Source: Pelagomonas calceolata | Taxonomy: Eukaryota | Direction of reading: 5' to 3' | Assembly (NCBI GenBank): GCA_918797485.1 | Contig: CAKKNE010000001.1 | Location: 5,704,001 to 5,768,000 of the forward strand | DNA: 64,000 bases | Shown here: positions 1-10,236 of the stretch, one piece after another | Numbering within the stretch: the stretch's first letter is position 1 | Layout: every line of letters begins with the position of its first letter | The notes under the pieces: model-generated | The model's database searches: none | What the model was told of the DNA's origin: nothing | Seen by the model: the letters and a program-made list of their open reading frames with translations, nothing else | Program-made: the position numbers and the translations under genes

Positions 1-2200
1 TAGCACAGGTCGCCTGCACCGCTAGAGCGTCGCCCCGCAGTAGCATGGTCAAGCAAGGTAACATACCACCTTGCACGAGCAGGTCCATCGACGGCGGCGA
101 CGCGCACGCGGCCAGGTTGTCCAGCGCCTCGGCGACCACTCCTAATACTCTCTCTTCCGCAGGGTCCTCATCATCCACAGGTGGTCCGGTCAAACCACCT
201 CGCAACTTCGCGCGGTCCCGCTTCACTTGATCGTCGGACCCATGACATTGTATAGCTATCTTCAGGCACTCTCCGATATTGACCAAAGCAGCACCGATAC
301 CTTGTTCCGTAGCTTTTTCCGTCTCGCCTCCTGTCGAAACGTAGTAGCACGCTAGAGCCAAAGCTTCGACGAATTGGACCGACGCGCCGCCGGCATGCTT
401 GGACGTCTCTCCTCCTTTCGCAAGTTCTTCCAGTATAGTGATGATGGGTTTGAGCACGCCGCCCTGCACGATGAATGAGGTATGAGAAGATACGTCAGCT
501 AAGATTTGCGCCAATGCTCGACTCCATCCTAAACGAGTGGACGGGTCTTGACTGGAGGCCAACAACACGAGAACATCCGCAGCTACTACACCAGTACAGC
601 ACGTGGTTTCATCAATAGTGCTACCACTGTTAAAGTCGAAATCCAATCCACTTTTCTCGGGTTTCTCGGCCATCGCGTCTCTGGTCGCTTGCAGGGATTC
701 GTCATTCACCTCATAGGTTCTTTCACAAATGCGTTCGATGCTACCTTTCCTCCTCGACAGATTAAGTAGAGCCTCCGCTAACGGTCGTGTCGCCGACGCG
801 AGGCCTCGGCCCCGCATCGCGATGTCTCTCGCGCACTCGAGACCGCCATCCCGCAGGATGCGATCTCTAGAACCAACATCTCTTGAGAGTTTGGCCAGGG
901 TCTGCGCCACTGCTGTTAAACGTTGCGGATCGCAGTAGTCCGCCAGCATGCATAATATAGGCACCGTACCCCTTGAAACAAGGTCGCTCCGACACGACCG
1001 CGCCGCGGCCAGGTTGTGCATGGCGTTCGCCACGGCGTCGGCCACCCTAAAAGCCTTGAAGGGCCAGTTGTCCGGGCTATCATCATCTGCGACCGCTTTG
1101 AGTGTTACTAATGCCCCAGCTTCTATGAGTCGAGCCCGCATCGTGAAGAACACGGAAGCGTTGCAGCAGCAGGCCGCTGCTACTCTTCGCGCGTCCATAA
1201 ATTCGGTCACGGGCAAAGCGCAGGCCGCTTTTACGACCGTGTCGAGGCCGTCGTAAGGCTCGTCGACGGTCGTCAAATTGTACAAGGCTTGGACACACGC
1301 ATTCGCGGCGCTTTTGGGGCCGTGGGCCAACGTCAAGCGACAGGCCGGCACGACGCCGTCCGCGACCATGGCCTCTTCCCCTCCTCGGCAGAACGACATG
1401 TTCGCGAGCGTGCGCGCGCAGTGCAAGGCTACGCGTAGACCCGCCGTTTCTCTGCGTCGTTCTTCCGAACCGGGCGCCGGGTCCGCGATGCCGTATTCCC
1501 ATCTTCTCTTCAAGATAGCTTGTCTTCGCGCCGTCGCGGCCGGTAGGCCCGTCGCGAGTTGCAACACGGCGACCATGACGCCCGCCTTGAGCAAGGCATC
1601 GATATAGTCGCCCCGTTTCGTCAAGTTTGATAATGCAACAGCAACAGCGCATCGGATGCGGTCATCATCTAACCCAGCAAGACCACATAAGGCCACAACC
1701 GCCCCTTCATCCAATAAATGCTTGACGTTGTTTTCCTTCTTGCAGTAGTTCCGCAACGTCACAGCCAACTGTTGGCGCTGCGTCATGTCCTCCGGCTCCG
1801 ATTCGTCGGCGGACGACACATCATCAGCCATGTCGGCCGGTAGACCACCTGCTGTTGATGGTGGTCTTTCATCATCCATCTCTCCCAGGTGCGACGGCCG
1901 CTCCAGCACATCACCGGAGTGGTCCGAGCCCGTGTCCCAGTGGTCCTCGACCTCTTCAGGCTTGATGGCCGTCACGCGCGACTTGTACAGAACGCCCTCA
2001 TACGAAGAAGGACTCTTCGCAAACACGCCGCCCATGATCTGCTTCCCAAACACATTTTTTATTTTCACGGACATGGCCTTGCGCTCGGCGCTGAAACTTT
2101 CATGTGCTTTGGCGTCGGCCTCCCTTTCATCGTCGGCATCACTGTCGCTGTCGACTTTGAGCGGGGTGATGCGCGCGCCGGGCGGGCGCGTGGGGGCCAT
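1..2200 (-). CDS. Armadillo/HEAT-repeat protein, 5' part (runs off the window start)
   Basis: Not in the ORF track, probably because it has no stop in the window. Manual translation from ATG 2200 (MAPTRPPG...) and near position 1 is open in the same frame. It shows ARM-like helices such as HLLDEGAVVALCGL, CAVAVALSNL and LLVQGGMLPCLTMLL. Confidence 0.75.
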   Translation of the reverse strand, partial: MAPTRPPGARITPLKVDSDSDADDEREADAKAHESFSAERKAMSVKIKNVFGKQIMGGVFAKSPSSYEGVLYKSRVTAIKPEEVEDHWDTGSDHSGDVLERPSHLGEMDDERPPSTAGGLPADMADDVSSADESEPEDMTQRQQLAVTLRNYCKKENNVKHLLDEGAVVALCGLAGLDDDRIRCAVAVALSNLTKRGDYIDALLKAGVMVAVLQLATGLPAATARRQAILKRRWEYGIADPAPGSEERRRETAGLRVALHCARTLANMSFCRGGEEAMVADGVVPACRLTLAHGPKSAANACVQALYNLTTVDEPYDGLDTVVKAACALPVTEFMDARRVAAACCCNASVFFTMRARLIEAGALVTLKAVADDDSPDNWPFKAFRVADAVANAMHNLAAARSCRSDLVSRGTVPILCMLADYCDPQRLTAVAQTLAKLSRDVGSRDRILRDGGLECARDIAMRGRGLASATRPLAEALLNLSRRKGSIERICERTYEVNDESLQATRDAMAEKPEKSGLDFDFNSGSTIDETTCCTGVVAADVLVLLASSQDPSTRLGWSRALAQILADVSSHTSFIVQGGVLKPIITILEELAKGGETSKHAGGASVQFVEALALACYYVSTGGETEKATEQGIGAALVNIGECLKIAIQCHGSDDQVKRDRAKLRGGLTGPPVDDEDPAEERVLGVVAEALDNLAACASPPSMDLLVQGGMLPCLTMLLRGDALAVQATCA

Positions 2201-2513
2201 CTTTGTTTTTGTCTTTGCTTCCTGTGGCGCTGGAGCGTCTCGGGAACTTGGAGCTAGCTCCCAGGTGTCTGGCTACCGTCCGACGAGACGATTGCTGCCC
2301 GCGCTGCAGAGGGCCCGGGCGGATGCCGGGCGGACCGCTGGTGACCTCCCGGGCAGCGCGTGTAGGGCGCACCAAGCGCAAAAAGCCGAGCTTGGCTGGG
2401 CAGCGCTATTTTGCTGTCGTGCGGGGTTTGGCTTCACTAGGGCTCGCGGCCCCCCGAGGGCTCTCCTGAAGGTGCCTTGAGGGCTGCTTCCGCTGTTTAC
2501 GCATGGATGTCTT

Positions 2514-2533
2514 GCTAGTGTCTTACCGCTAGC
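2514..2533. promoter_or_regulatory. Recurrent intergenic motif GCTAGTGTCTTAC-CGCTAGC
   Basis: Exact core, between the divergent ARM and JmjC genes. One of ~9-11 copies in the window. Confidence 0.55.
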
Positions 2534-2715
2534 TCCAGCCTGGCAAAACCACGCGGACTCACCAGAGCGACGCTTCGGGGCACGTCCGCCCGCGCACGAC
2601 TCATAAAAGTGACCGCTGCGTGGTTGCAGCAAAACTTTTTGGACGTCAGGCTAGCGTGCAAGGCTCATTGCAAAACTCTGCTGCTGCACGCAGCGGTGAC
2701 TCCTCGCGCGTAGCG

Positions 2716-4056
2716 ATGGAACAGGTGGTCGAAAACGCACCACTCCCACCCTCTCTGGCAGCTCTGCTTGCGCGCGAAGACTTTGCGGACGACGTCTTCG
2801 AGGGCGGCCGCTGCGCACACAGCGTGGGCGCGGCAATCGACTGCCCGGCGCTCGCGCTGGACCGCCTCCTCGCGGCCCTCGACGGGGAGTCGACGGTAAG
2901 CCCAAGCGGCGGCTACGGCTTTCCCGCGCTCGCGGCGAGCTACCGCCAGGGGCTCGACTTCCAGCTCGGACGCGTGAACGCGAAAGGCGGGTGGGACCGG
3001 TTCGACCTCTGGAAATACCAGTACGAGAACCTGCCGAGTAGCGAGACGGCCCGGCGCGCGCTCGAGGGCGGCTACTCGCTGACCATTCGCCACGCCGAGT
3101 GGCGCATCCCCTGCGTCTTCGCGGCGGCCGCCGCGCTCCAGCGCGCGACGGGCGCGCCGGTGCAAGCCAACATCTACGTCACGCCGCCGGACGAGCGCTG
3201 CGTGCGGCCGCACGCGGACCGCCACGACGTCTACGCCTGGCAGGTCTCGGGAGCCAAGACGTGGCTCGTGCGCGAGGCTCACGGGCCGCCGCCGCCCGTG
3301 CCGCCGCGCGAAAATAAACGCAACGGCGGCTGCGACCTGCCCGGCGCGGCGCCGTACCCGGTCGAGCGGGCCGTCGAGCTGCGCGCCGGCGACGCCCTCT
3401 ACGTGCCGCGAGGCGTGCCCCACCAGTGCCGCGCGTCCGGCGCCGCGCCGTCGATCCACGTGTCCTTCGGCAGCGACGTCCACATCCCTCTGACGTGGGA
3501 GGGCGCGCTCCACTGCGCGCTGCGGCGACGGCGGGCGTCCGCCCGGACTCACGTCGAGCTGCACTTTGTGGCGATGTCGACGTGCACGCGCCTGCGCCGC
3601 AGCTGCCCGCCGGCGGTCCTACGCGGCGACGGCGACGAGGCGCTCGCGGCGGCGGCGGACGAGCTCGGTCGCCTTGCGGCCGCCGCCGCCGACGCCTTGC
3701 TGTGGCGCGCCGGGCTCCCGGGCCGCGCCGCCGACTGGCTCGCGGCGCCGACGAACGGCGTCCTCGACTTCGTGAGGCTCGGAGTACCGTGGAGCGAGGA
3801 CGTGGGCTGTCGGACGACGCGGGGGCTCGCGTTCCTCGAGGACGACAGGATTGGGCACCCGGCTCATTTCGCGTTTCCGACGGCCGTCGGCCCCGTGCTC
3901 GTCGCGCTCCGGGAGCTCACCGCCCAAGCGACGCGCGACGTCCGCGTCACCGCGCTGCGCGACGTGTCCATGATGGCCCGCGCCGCCCGCGAGGAGGTCC
4001 GCCGCCGGGGCGCGGCCCTTGAGGGAGTCGGCCCTCCTCCTGGGGAGGGAGCATAA
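2716..4056 (+). CDS. JmjC/cupin-4 2-oxoglutarate-Fe(II) oxygenase (RIOX1/NO66-like)
   Basis: ANIYVTP...PHADRHDVYAWQVSGAKTW and GDALYVPRGVPH give the HxD...H facial triad. ATG at 2716. Confidence 0.85.
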   Translation: MEQVVENAPLPPSLAALLAREDFADDVFEGGRCAHSVGAAIDCPALALDRLLAALDGESTVSPSGGYGFPALAASYRQGLDFQLGRVNAKGGWDRFDLWKYQYENLPSSETARRALEGGYSLTIRHAEWRIPCVFAAAAALQRATGAPVQANIYVTPPDERCVRPHADRHDVYAWQVSGAKTWLVREAHGPPPPVPPRENKRNGGCDLPGAAPYPVERAVELRAGDALYVPRGVPHQCRASGAAPSIHVSFGSDVHIPLTWEGALHCALRRRRASARTHVELHFVAMSTCTRLRRSCPPAVLRGDGDEALAAAADELGRLAAAAADALLWRAGLPGRAADWLAAPTNGVLDFVRLGVPWSEDVGCRTTRGLAFLEDDRIGHPAHFAFPTAVGPVLVALRELTAQATRDVRVTALRDVSMMARAAREEVRRRGAALEGVGPPPGEGA

Positions 4057-4216
4057 TGTATGTCCTGTGTACTTGGAAGCTTGCAAGTCGCTCATATACT
4101 GTTGTGCGGGGACTGATGGGCTTGCAAAAAAACGGGTTTTTCAAGCAGTCTGGCGCGCGCGCGCGGGCCTCTCCTGCGGACTCGCAGAGGCGCAAGGGCC
4201 GAAAACCAGCGAATTA

Positions 4217-5523
4217 ATGGCGCCAGACACCAGTGGATTGGAGAATTCAAAGACCTGTAGCGCCTGCGGCAAAATCAAAAGTCGAGTCGATTTTGGCAAG
4301 AAGCAATGGGCCGCCCGAGCGGTGCGACGATGTGTCGCCTGCGTGGAAAGCGGGGTCAAAGTGGTGTTTTGCGACCATGGTCGCGGCCGCGATTGCGCGG
4401 TATGCGACGCCGCGGCGGCGGCTTGGTACCTCGCGCAGGTAACGAGAACACGGGCTGGAATGCTTCCGCTCGGCGCATCATCGGCAACGCCGATGCCTAC
4501 GGCACGCTCCTCTGGCTCGGCGGCTTCGGCATCATGTTCCAGATCGTCTTGTACGCGGTCCAGTACTCGAAGGAGTGGGGCGGCATGCTTCTCACGCCCT
4601 CCGAGACTATCTCCGGCGCGCTCGAGGGCACCAAAGACCTCATCGAGTGTACCGTCGTGCTCATGATGGCGTCGGCTACGGTGTGGAAATCGATGTACGG
4701 CGCGTCGATGGCGTGGCGATGCCGGTTCCTCACCGCTCGACGGAGCGACACACTGGTTCATTTTCCACACAGGTCTGCTATCGGCAAGATCTCGCAGCAG
4801 ATGATGTTACCCGACGCCGTCGTGGATCTGATTGGTGACTCTATCCCGGGCAAGGCGCTGCCGGTTGTGGTCTTCATCACCTCCGCCGTCATCGCGTTGT
4901 CGACGGGCTCCTCGTGGGCGACGATGACGATCGTCTTCCCGATCGCCATTCCCCTCGCCAACAACGCGTCGGGCGGCTCGCTCACGATCCGCCTCGAGAA
5001 CGTCATCGGCGCGATCCTCGGCGGAGCCGTCTGGGGCGATCACTGCTCCCCGATCTCGGACACGACCGTGCTGTCCGCCGCGTCGTGTCGCGTCAAGACG
5101 ATCGATCATGTTAAGACCCAGCTGCCGTACGCCTTCCTGGCCGGCTCGTGCGCGGCGGTCTTCGGCTACCTCCTCAACGGGTACGGCGTGCCCCACGAGT
5201 TGCTCGTCCTCGGTGCTTTTGCTGGAATGCCGTGGGTCTTCTACGCCGTGTCCATGATCCCCGGCTGGGGCGGCCCTACTCCTATCTACGACCCCGAGCA
5301 CGACAAGGTTGTCGGTGAGGGCTTCTACGGAGCGATGAATTCCCTCAAGCGGAACTGCGCGTGCGGCAAGAAGGGCGGGGATGTGGAGCCGATGAAGACC
5401 GTCGACAACGTCACCGAGACGGGGCACATCTCCCCGCGGGGCGCCATCTCCCCGATCTCGCACGGGCCGTCGGCGTCCACGAAGGTCAAGGTCACGCCGG
5501 GCATCGACGAGACCGACCTCTGA
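4217..5523 (+). CDS. NhaC-family Na+/H+ antiporter C-terminal half, preceded by an out-of-frame Cys-rich (Stc1-like) segment; possibly chimeric or pseudogenic
   Basis: TGSSWATM, GAVWGDHCSPISDTTVLS and DHVKTQLPYA are NhaC signatures. Homology appears to start at ~4439 after an acceptor-like cgcgcag. Introner intron at 4671-4772. The upstream CSAC...KKQW...RRCVAC is in another frame. Confidence 0.7.
4679..4772 (+). mobile_element. Introner element 1 (intron 4671-4772, GT-AG)
   Basis: TIRs cggtgtggaaa...tttccacacag; TSD gtcggcta/gtctgcta. Splicing restores MMA-SAIGK. Confidence 0.85.
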
Positions 5524-5677
5524 GCACAAGTTCCCCCTGCAGTTGACCATGAACGTCACTTCCCGTGACTGACGAGAATCAAATCATCGTCGTGTACACA
5601 AGTTCCTCCGCGGTCCTCGCGACCGCACACGACCCCTTCCCCCATGCCCATCTTTGATAAGACATACAACGTATTTA

Positions 5678-6850
5678 TCACACACTAGGCGAGGGGGTCC
5701 CGCCGATGAGTTCCGCGAGGGCTTCCCGGCTACGACTCCTCACACGCAGGATCGGCAACAAGAGCCGTTCGTGGAACGCGGGCTGATTGTGGACATGGAC
5801 ACGACGCCGCCGCGGAGCGAGGGGGTCTTGCTCGCTGACGTCGAAGCGCCGCCGGCGCAGCGCGACCGCGGCACTCGCGACGCCGCGTAGCGACACCTCC
5901 TTCGGCACGAGACTGTCCGATTCGTACAAGCTGAAGCCGACGAGGACGACGGCCAAACCGATGAGCGTCGTCGCTACTATCGGTTCTTGATACTGTCCGA
6001 GGATCGGGGCGCCGAACGCAAGTGTACTCAATGGTAGGAGCACGGCGTAGAGAATGGCCGTGAGCGAGGCGCCGCCGAGCTTGAGGACGACGATACCAGA
6101 AGTGTTGAGGATGAAGTTGTTCAGCACGTAGAGCGCGAGTAGCGACGTGCGGTACGCGTCGGCGCCCGTAGCAACGAGGACGGCGTCGTCCAGAAAGGTG
6201 CGCGTGGCCGTGCCGAGCGGCAGGCCGTCGGTGAGGCACTGCGCCGGAAAGAGCAAGAACCCGAACAGCAGCTGGAAGCACGACACGTACTGCGTGAGAT
6301 ATAAAACATGGACCTCTGAGTCGGCGAACCGCCACTCCTTGTAGACCGCCGAGAGGGCCATGGGAATGTTGCTCGCCCAGTAGATGAGGACGGCGCTGGT
6401 CTCGGCGCTCTCGCGGAACGCCGGCGCGACGACGATCGCCCCACCTATAAGGATGATGGCCGCGCCGAGCTTTTTTTTCGCGCCGTAGCGCGTCTTCAGG
6501 AAGACCGCCGACGCGACCATGGTGCATGGCACGAGCGACTGGCTGAGGAGCGTCTGGAGCTGGCCCGGCGTCCGCGCCGCGCCCAACGCGGCGCAGAGAC
6601 CGCCGAGGCAGTCGAGCAACGCCATCAACGCGTACGGCACCTTCGAGCTCGCCCGCATCTCGTCCGTGATGGCGCCGCGGACGGCGTACAGCGCGACGGC
6701 GCCGTAGACGACGAATAATGCATTGACCATTTGCATCGCGAACAGCGCGCTCGACGCGCCGTAGCTCGTGAAGGCGATCTTGTACAAGATATAATTGCTC
6801 GGCCCGACGGCGAGCATCAGACACATGGTTGGCACCAGCATGTTGGCCAT
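5678..6850 (-). CDS. CRT-like (chloroquine-resistance transporter-like, DMT superfamily) membrane transporter
   Basis: About 10 hydrophobic segments. Motifs NYILYK, TPGQLQTLLSQSLVP and SNIPMALSAVYKE are typical of CLT/CRT proteins. Confidence 0.8.
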   Translation of the reverse strand: MANMLVPTMCLMLAVGPSNYILYKIAFTSYGASSALFAMQMVNALFVVYGAVALYAVRGAITDEMRASSKVPYALMALLDCLGGLCAALGAARTPGQLQTLLSQSLVPCTMVASAVFLKTRYGAKKKLGAAIILIGGAIVVAPAFRESAETSAVLIYWASNIPMALSAVYKEWRFADSEVHVLYLTQYVSCFQLLFGFLLFPAQCLTDGLPLGTATRTFLDDAVLVATGADAYRTSLLALYVLNNFILNTSGIVVLKLGGASLTAILYAVLLPLSTLAFGAPILGQYQEPIVATTLIGLAVVLVGFSLYESDSLVPKEVSLRGVASAAVALRRRRFDVSEQDPLAPRRRRVHVHNQPAFHERLLLPILRVRSRSREALAELIGGTPSPSV

Positions 6851-7057
6851 CGCTTCGCGCGTCGATGGCGTTTTGTTCAAGTTTTGCTTAGGGAGAGCCT
6901 ACCTCTGTGAGAGGTCTACGCCGTACAACTGATCGCAAAACTCCTACGGCGCGAGCGCCGCAGCGCAATTAGTCGCTGCCTTGCTCTTGCTGCGCTAAGC
7001 GCCTAGGTGCCTAGGTACGGAGTTATTGCTATGCAAAGTCGGCTGCTTGCTTGGCTT

Positions 7058-7081
7058 GCTAGTGTCTTACAGGCCGCTAGC
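7058..7081. promoter_or_regulatory. Recurrent intergenic motif copy
   Basis: gctagtgtcttac-aggc-cgctagc between the divergent CRT-like and monooxygenase genes. Confidence 0.55.
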
Positions 7082-7288
7082 TCGGAGGCTGCTCGGGAGA
7101 GCATTTGCCACATCGAGAGACCGCTTAAGTTTAGCAAGGGCAAAGAAAACAAAGCCGACACGCGAAATTCAACGATCTTCGCGCGTAAGTTCACTGAAAC
7201 CCACCAAACCCCTCGAGTCCCGAGCCAAAACTCAGAGTCTCCCGAAGCAAGCTACAGTAATTAAGTGATCAAGCGACGGAGTATAAAC

Positions 7289-9146
7289 ATGCTGAGGCAT
7301 CTCAGCAGGGCGACATTGACGCGAGGTCATGCGTTCGCCACCGGTGCCGCGACGCCGCGCATCGCCATCTGCGGCGCGGGCGTTTCGGGACTGACGCTCG
7401 CCGGCATTCTGTCGAACGGCACGCGCGACGTCCAACTCACGGTCTTCGAACGAGCGCGGCGCGACCGCGACCAGGGCTACGGCCTGGACCTCGACGAGCA
7501 CGGCCAAGAGGCGCTGGTGCGCGCGGGCGTCTACGACCGCTACTGGGACATTTCCTACCCGTATTCCGACACCGCGGTCGGCTACCAGTTCAGCGGCGGC
7601 GAGCCGCTCTTGAACATCTTCTGGCCGAGACTGACGATGAGGCTATTCCCAGAGAGCAGTGCCGCGAGGCCCGAAACGAACCGCGGCGGTCTCCGGGACA
7701 TTTTGCTCGACGCGCTCGCGGCGCGCGGGAACACGGAAGTGCACTACGAGCGCGGTGCCTGGGACTGCCGCCGTCTGCCGCGAGGTCTCGGGCGGCTAGG
7801 TGCGGGCGGCGCCGAGCTCCTCGATCGCGAGGGGAAGACCCTGGGTGAATTTGATCTCGTGATCGACGCGATGGGCCTGCACTCGCCGCTGCGGGATCCT
7901 GTGTGGAAATCAAATTTCGGGCGCATTTCTCAGGATAACCTAACTCACTGCTTGATTTTCACACAGGCGGGATCTGCGCGTCGTCGACTCGGTCGGCAAG
8001 CACTACGTGGGCGAGATGTTGATTCATGGCGTGATCAACGATATTGGAAAAACGTGTCCGTCGGTCGCGCAACGGATGGATCGGTTCGGGACGTGTTTCA
8101 CGCTGGGACGCGGGTACCATGTCACGATGCAGCGTTTCGGCGCGGGCGCCGACGACAAGCGCACGTGCTTGTTTTATCACATCAACCGCCCCGACGGCGA
8201 AGGAGGGGTATTGCGGGAGATGGGCATCGACAAGCCTACCTCCCGTTCCACCGGCATCTTCACGGGCGACAAGCTGCGCGCCGCGAAGGAGTGGATTTTA
8301 CAAGATATGCACGAGTCCTTCGACGAGGTGTGGCGCGACGCGATACGCGGGTTAGAACGAGTCACCGTTCGCGGCAAGTACATGCACGGCGACGATACCA
8401 AGTTACGCGAGGGGCTGACCCTGCCGCTCGTGTGCATCGGCGACGCGCCGCGCAACTGTGGCGTCGGCGGCTGTGTGGAAATCAAAATTTTACGGCGAGT
8501 TCGTGCTGAATCATCGCGTCGTCCTCCACGCCATCGACGCGACGCCTGCTCGATGGCGTGGAGATGCCGGTTCCTCACCGCTCGACCGAGCCAGGACGGC
8601 CGCGCCATCGCCGAGCACCCGAGGCACTGGTTGATTTCCACACAGGTCGGCGGTGGCGGCAACCTGGCCATGCAGGACGCGAACGAGCTCGCGACAATTC
8701 TGGAGGCCGACGACGCCTTCGACGAGGCGACGGGCGCAGTCAATCTCCCACCTCTGCGCGCCGGCGAGGCCATCATGTTCGAGCGCAAGGAAGAGTTCCA
8801 CGTCGAACGGCTGAAGCCTCCCATGAACACGCGCGAGATGGTCGAGGCCCGGGGCCGCGGGCCCTTGTCTCCCCCCGGCGTCCAATAGTAACGATTGCTC
8901 CGCGTCGACGGCGTCGAGCCGACGCGACCACTTCCCCCGCGCAGCGACTGGGAGGATTTCCGCGAGTTTAACCCCTTACCCTCGTGGGTGCCGTTCCCCG
9001 TGGCGCGGTTCGCGGTCAAGCGCTTCGCGGCGCTCACGAAGGCCTGGTACGCGTGGGAGCGCAAGCGCGGCGGCGGCGGCACTTGCAAAGGCAATGCCCC
9101 TATCTACGCGAGCGTCGAGAGGCTACTTGCCGAGCAGAAGAAGTAA
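7289..9146 (+). CDS. FAD-dependent monooxygenase (spliced; introns 7891-7966, 8463-8645 and a probable third ending at 8944)
   Basis: GAGVSGL Rossmann motif, FER, QGYGLDL, DLVIDAMG, and IGDA...GGGGNLAMQDA after splicing. The end is 8888 if the third intron is not real. Confidence 0.8.
7899..7966 (+). mobile_element. Introner element 2 (intron 7891-7966, GC-AG)
   Basis: TIRs ctgtgtggaaatcaa...ttgattttcacacag; perfect TSD gcgggatc. Splicing repairs the frameshift (HSPL-RDLRVVDS). Confidence 0.92.
8471..8645 (+). mobile_element. Introner element 3 (intron 8463-8645, GT-AG)
   Basis: Perfect 15-bp TIR ctgtgtggaaatcaa/ttgatttccacacag; perfect TSD gtcggcgg. Confidence 0.93.
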
Positions 9147-9149
9147 GTA

Positions 9150-9836
9150 TTACTGGGCCGGCTTATGCTTGAAGAACGACCCGACCTTCGCGAAGGGCGA
9201 AGTAGCTGGAGCCACCGGCAGGACGTGCGTGTCCCGCTCCCCCTCCTCGATGCCGACCATCGCCATCTCCTCGTTCAGCAGCACGGCGACGGGGTGGCCC
9301 GCTTTTACTTCATTCACGTAGCACGCCGCGTTCCACCCGTTCGCATTCCGTTTCGTGATCATCGCGTGGCGCAGCTCGTAGTCGTGGAGGTGTACTAAGA
9401 TCAGAGACATGGCCAGCGCGTCTCGATGTTCACAAGCAAACATGAGTACCGTCGACCCGTCCGTCGCGGACGGTCGCAGCAGGTCCGACGCTTCGATCCG
9501 ATCGAGCCGCTCCATGAAATCTTTTTCCCACTGGGGGTCCGTGATGGGCATCATCGCCGTTAACGAATCCCAGGCGACGCCCGTCGGTTTGGGTAGAGCG
9601 CAGTGGTCGCGCGTGCCGTTGCCCTTGGCGACCGTCGACGCGCGCGCCGCGTGGTGGTGCTTCGGAATAACTCTATGGGATTTCTTCTTCTTGTGGTGCG
9701 CGGGCTTGTGCCGCGCGACGCCGAGCGGGTGCTTCTGTTTTGGTTTGTGTGCCGGCGCATGAAAGGGGTTCTCCTCTTCCTGTTCTTCGATGGCGTCGCC
9801 GGCGTCGAAGCCGAAGAAGCCGCAGCAGACCTCCAT
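9150..9836 (-). CDS. Hypothetical protein with degenerate ankyrin-like repeats
   Basis: 228-aa ORF with ATG; DGSTVLMFACEH and NANGWNA resemble ankyrin repeats. Confidence 0.55.
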   Translation of the reverse strand: MEVCCGFFGFDAGDAIEEQEEENPFHAPAHKPKQKHPLGVARHKPAHHKKKKSHRVIPKHHHAARASTVAKGNGTRDHCALPKPTGVAWDSLTAMMPITDPQWEKDFMERLDRIEASDLLRPSATDGSTVLMFACEHRDALAMSLILVHLHDYELRHAMITKRNANGWNAACYVNEVKAGHPVAVLLNEEMAMVGIEEGERDTHVLPVAPATSPFAKVGSFFKHKPAQ

Positions 9837-10236
9837 TGATCTGTCCGTGCGGTTGCTGCTGCTCCCGCGGTGCGGATTGGGACGGCTTGTTATTTAAGGA
9901 GCTAGGTGGGCTGCCCTGTCGCTTTTGTGTTTGCTACTGCTGGCCCGGTGGACTGGAGCGGCGGCTTGCACTGGAGCGGCGGCTTGTTGTGCAATACAAA
10001 GGAGCAATAATGCGGTCGAACGTGCCCCTCCACGCGCGCAAAAAGCTGCCCGCCGGAGAGCCAGTTTTGAGATGGTACGGGGTTACGACGCGAAGCGCAC
10101 GCGCGGACGTGCCACCCGAGGCCGCGAGACGTCCGGGCGCCGCCCCAGGATTCGGGGGGATCCCAGGAGGATAACAAAACAAACTCCCGCGACGGGACCC
10201 CACTACACGCCATCGACCAAAGATACAACAACACAC

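Noticed and set aside
7891..7966. Frameshifted pseudogenes (monooxygenase, V-ATPase A, SNF2, fucosyltransferase, receptor)
   Set aside because: Every break is explained by an intron whose removal restores the frame and the conserved motifs.
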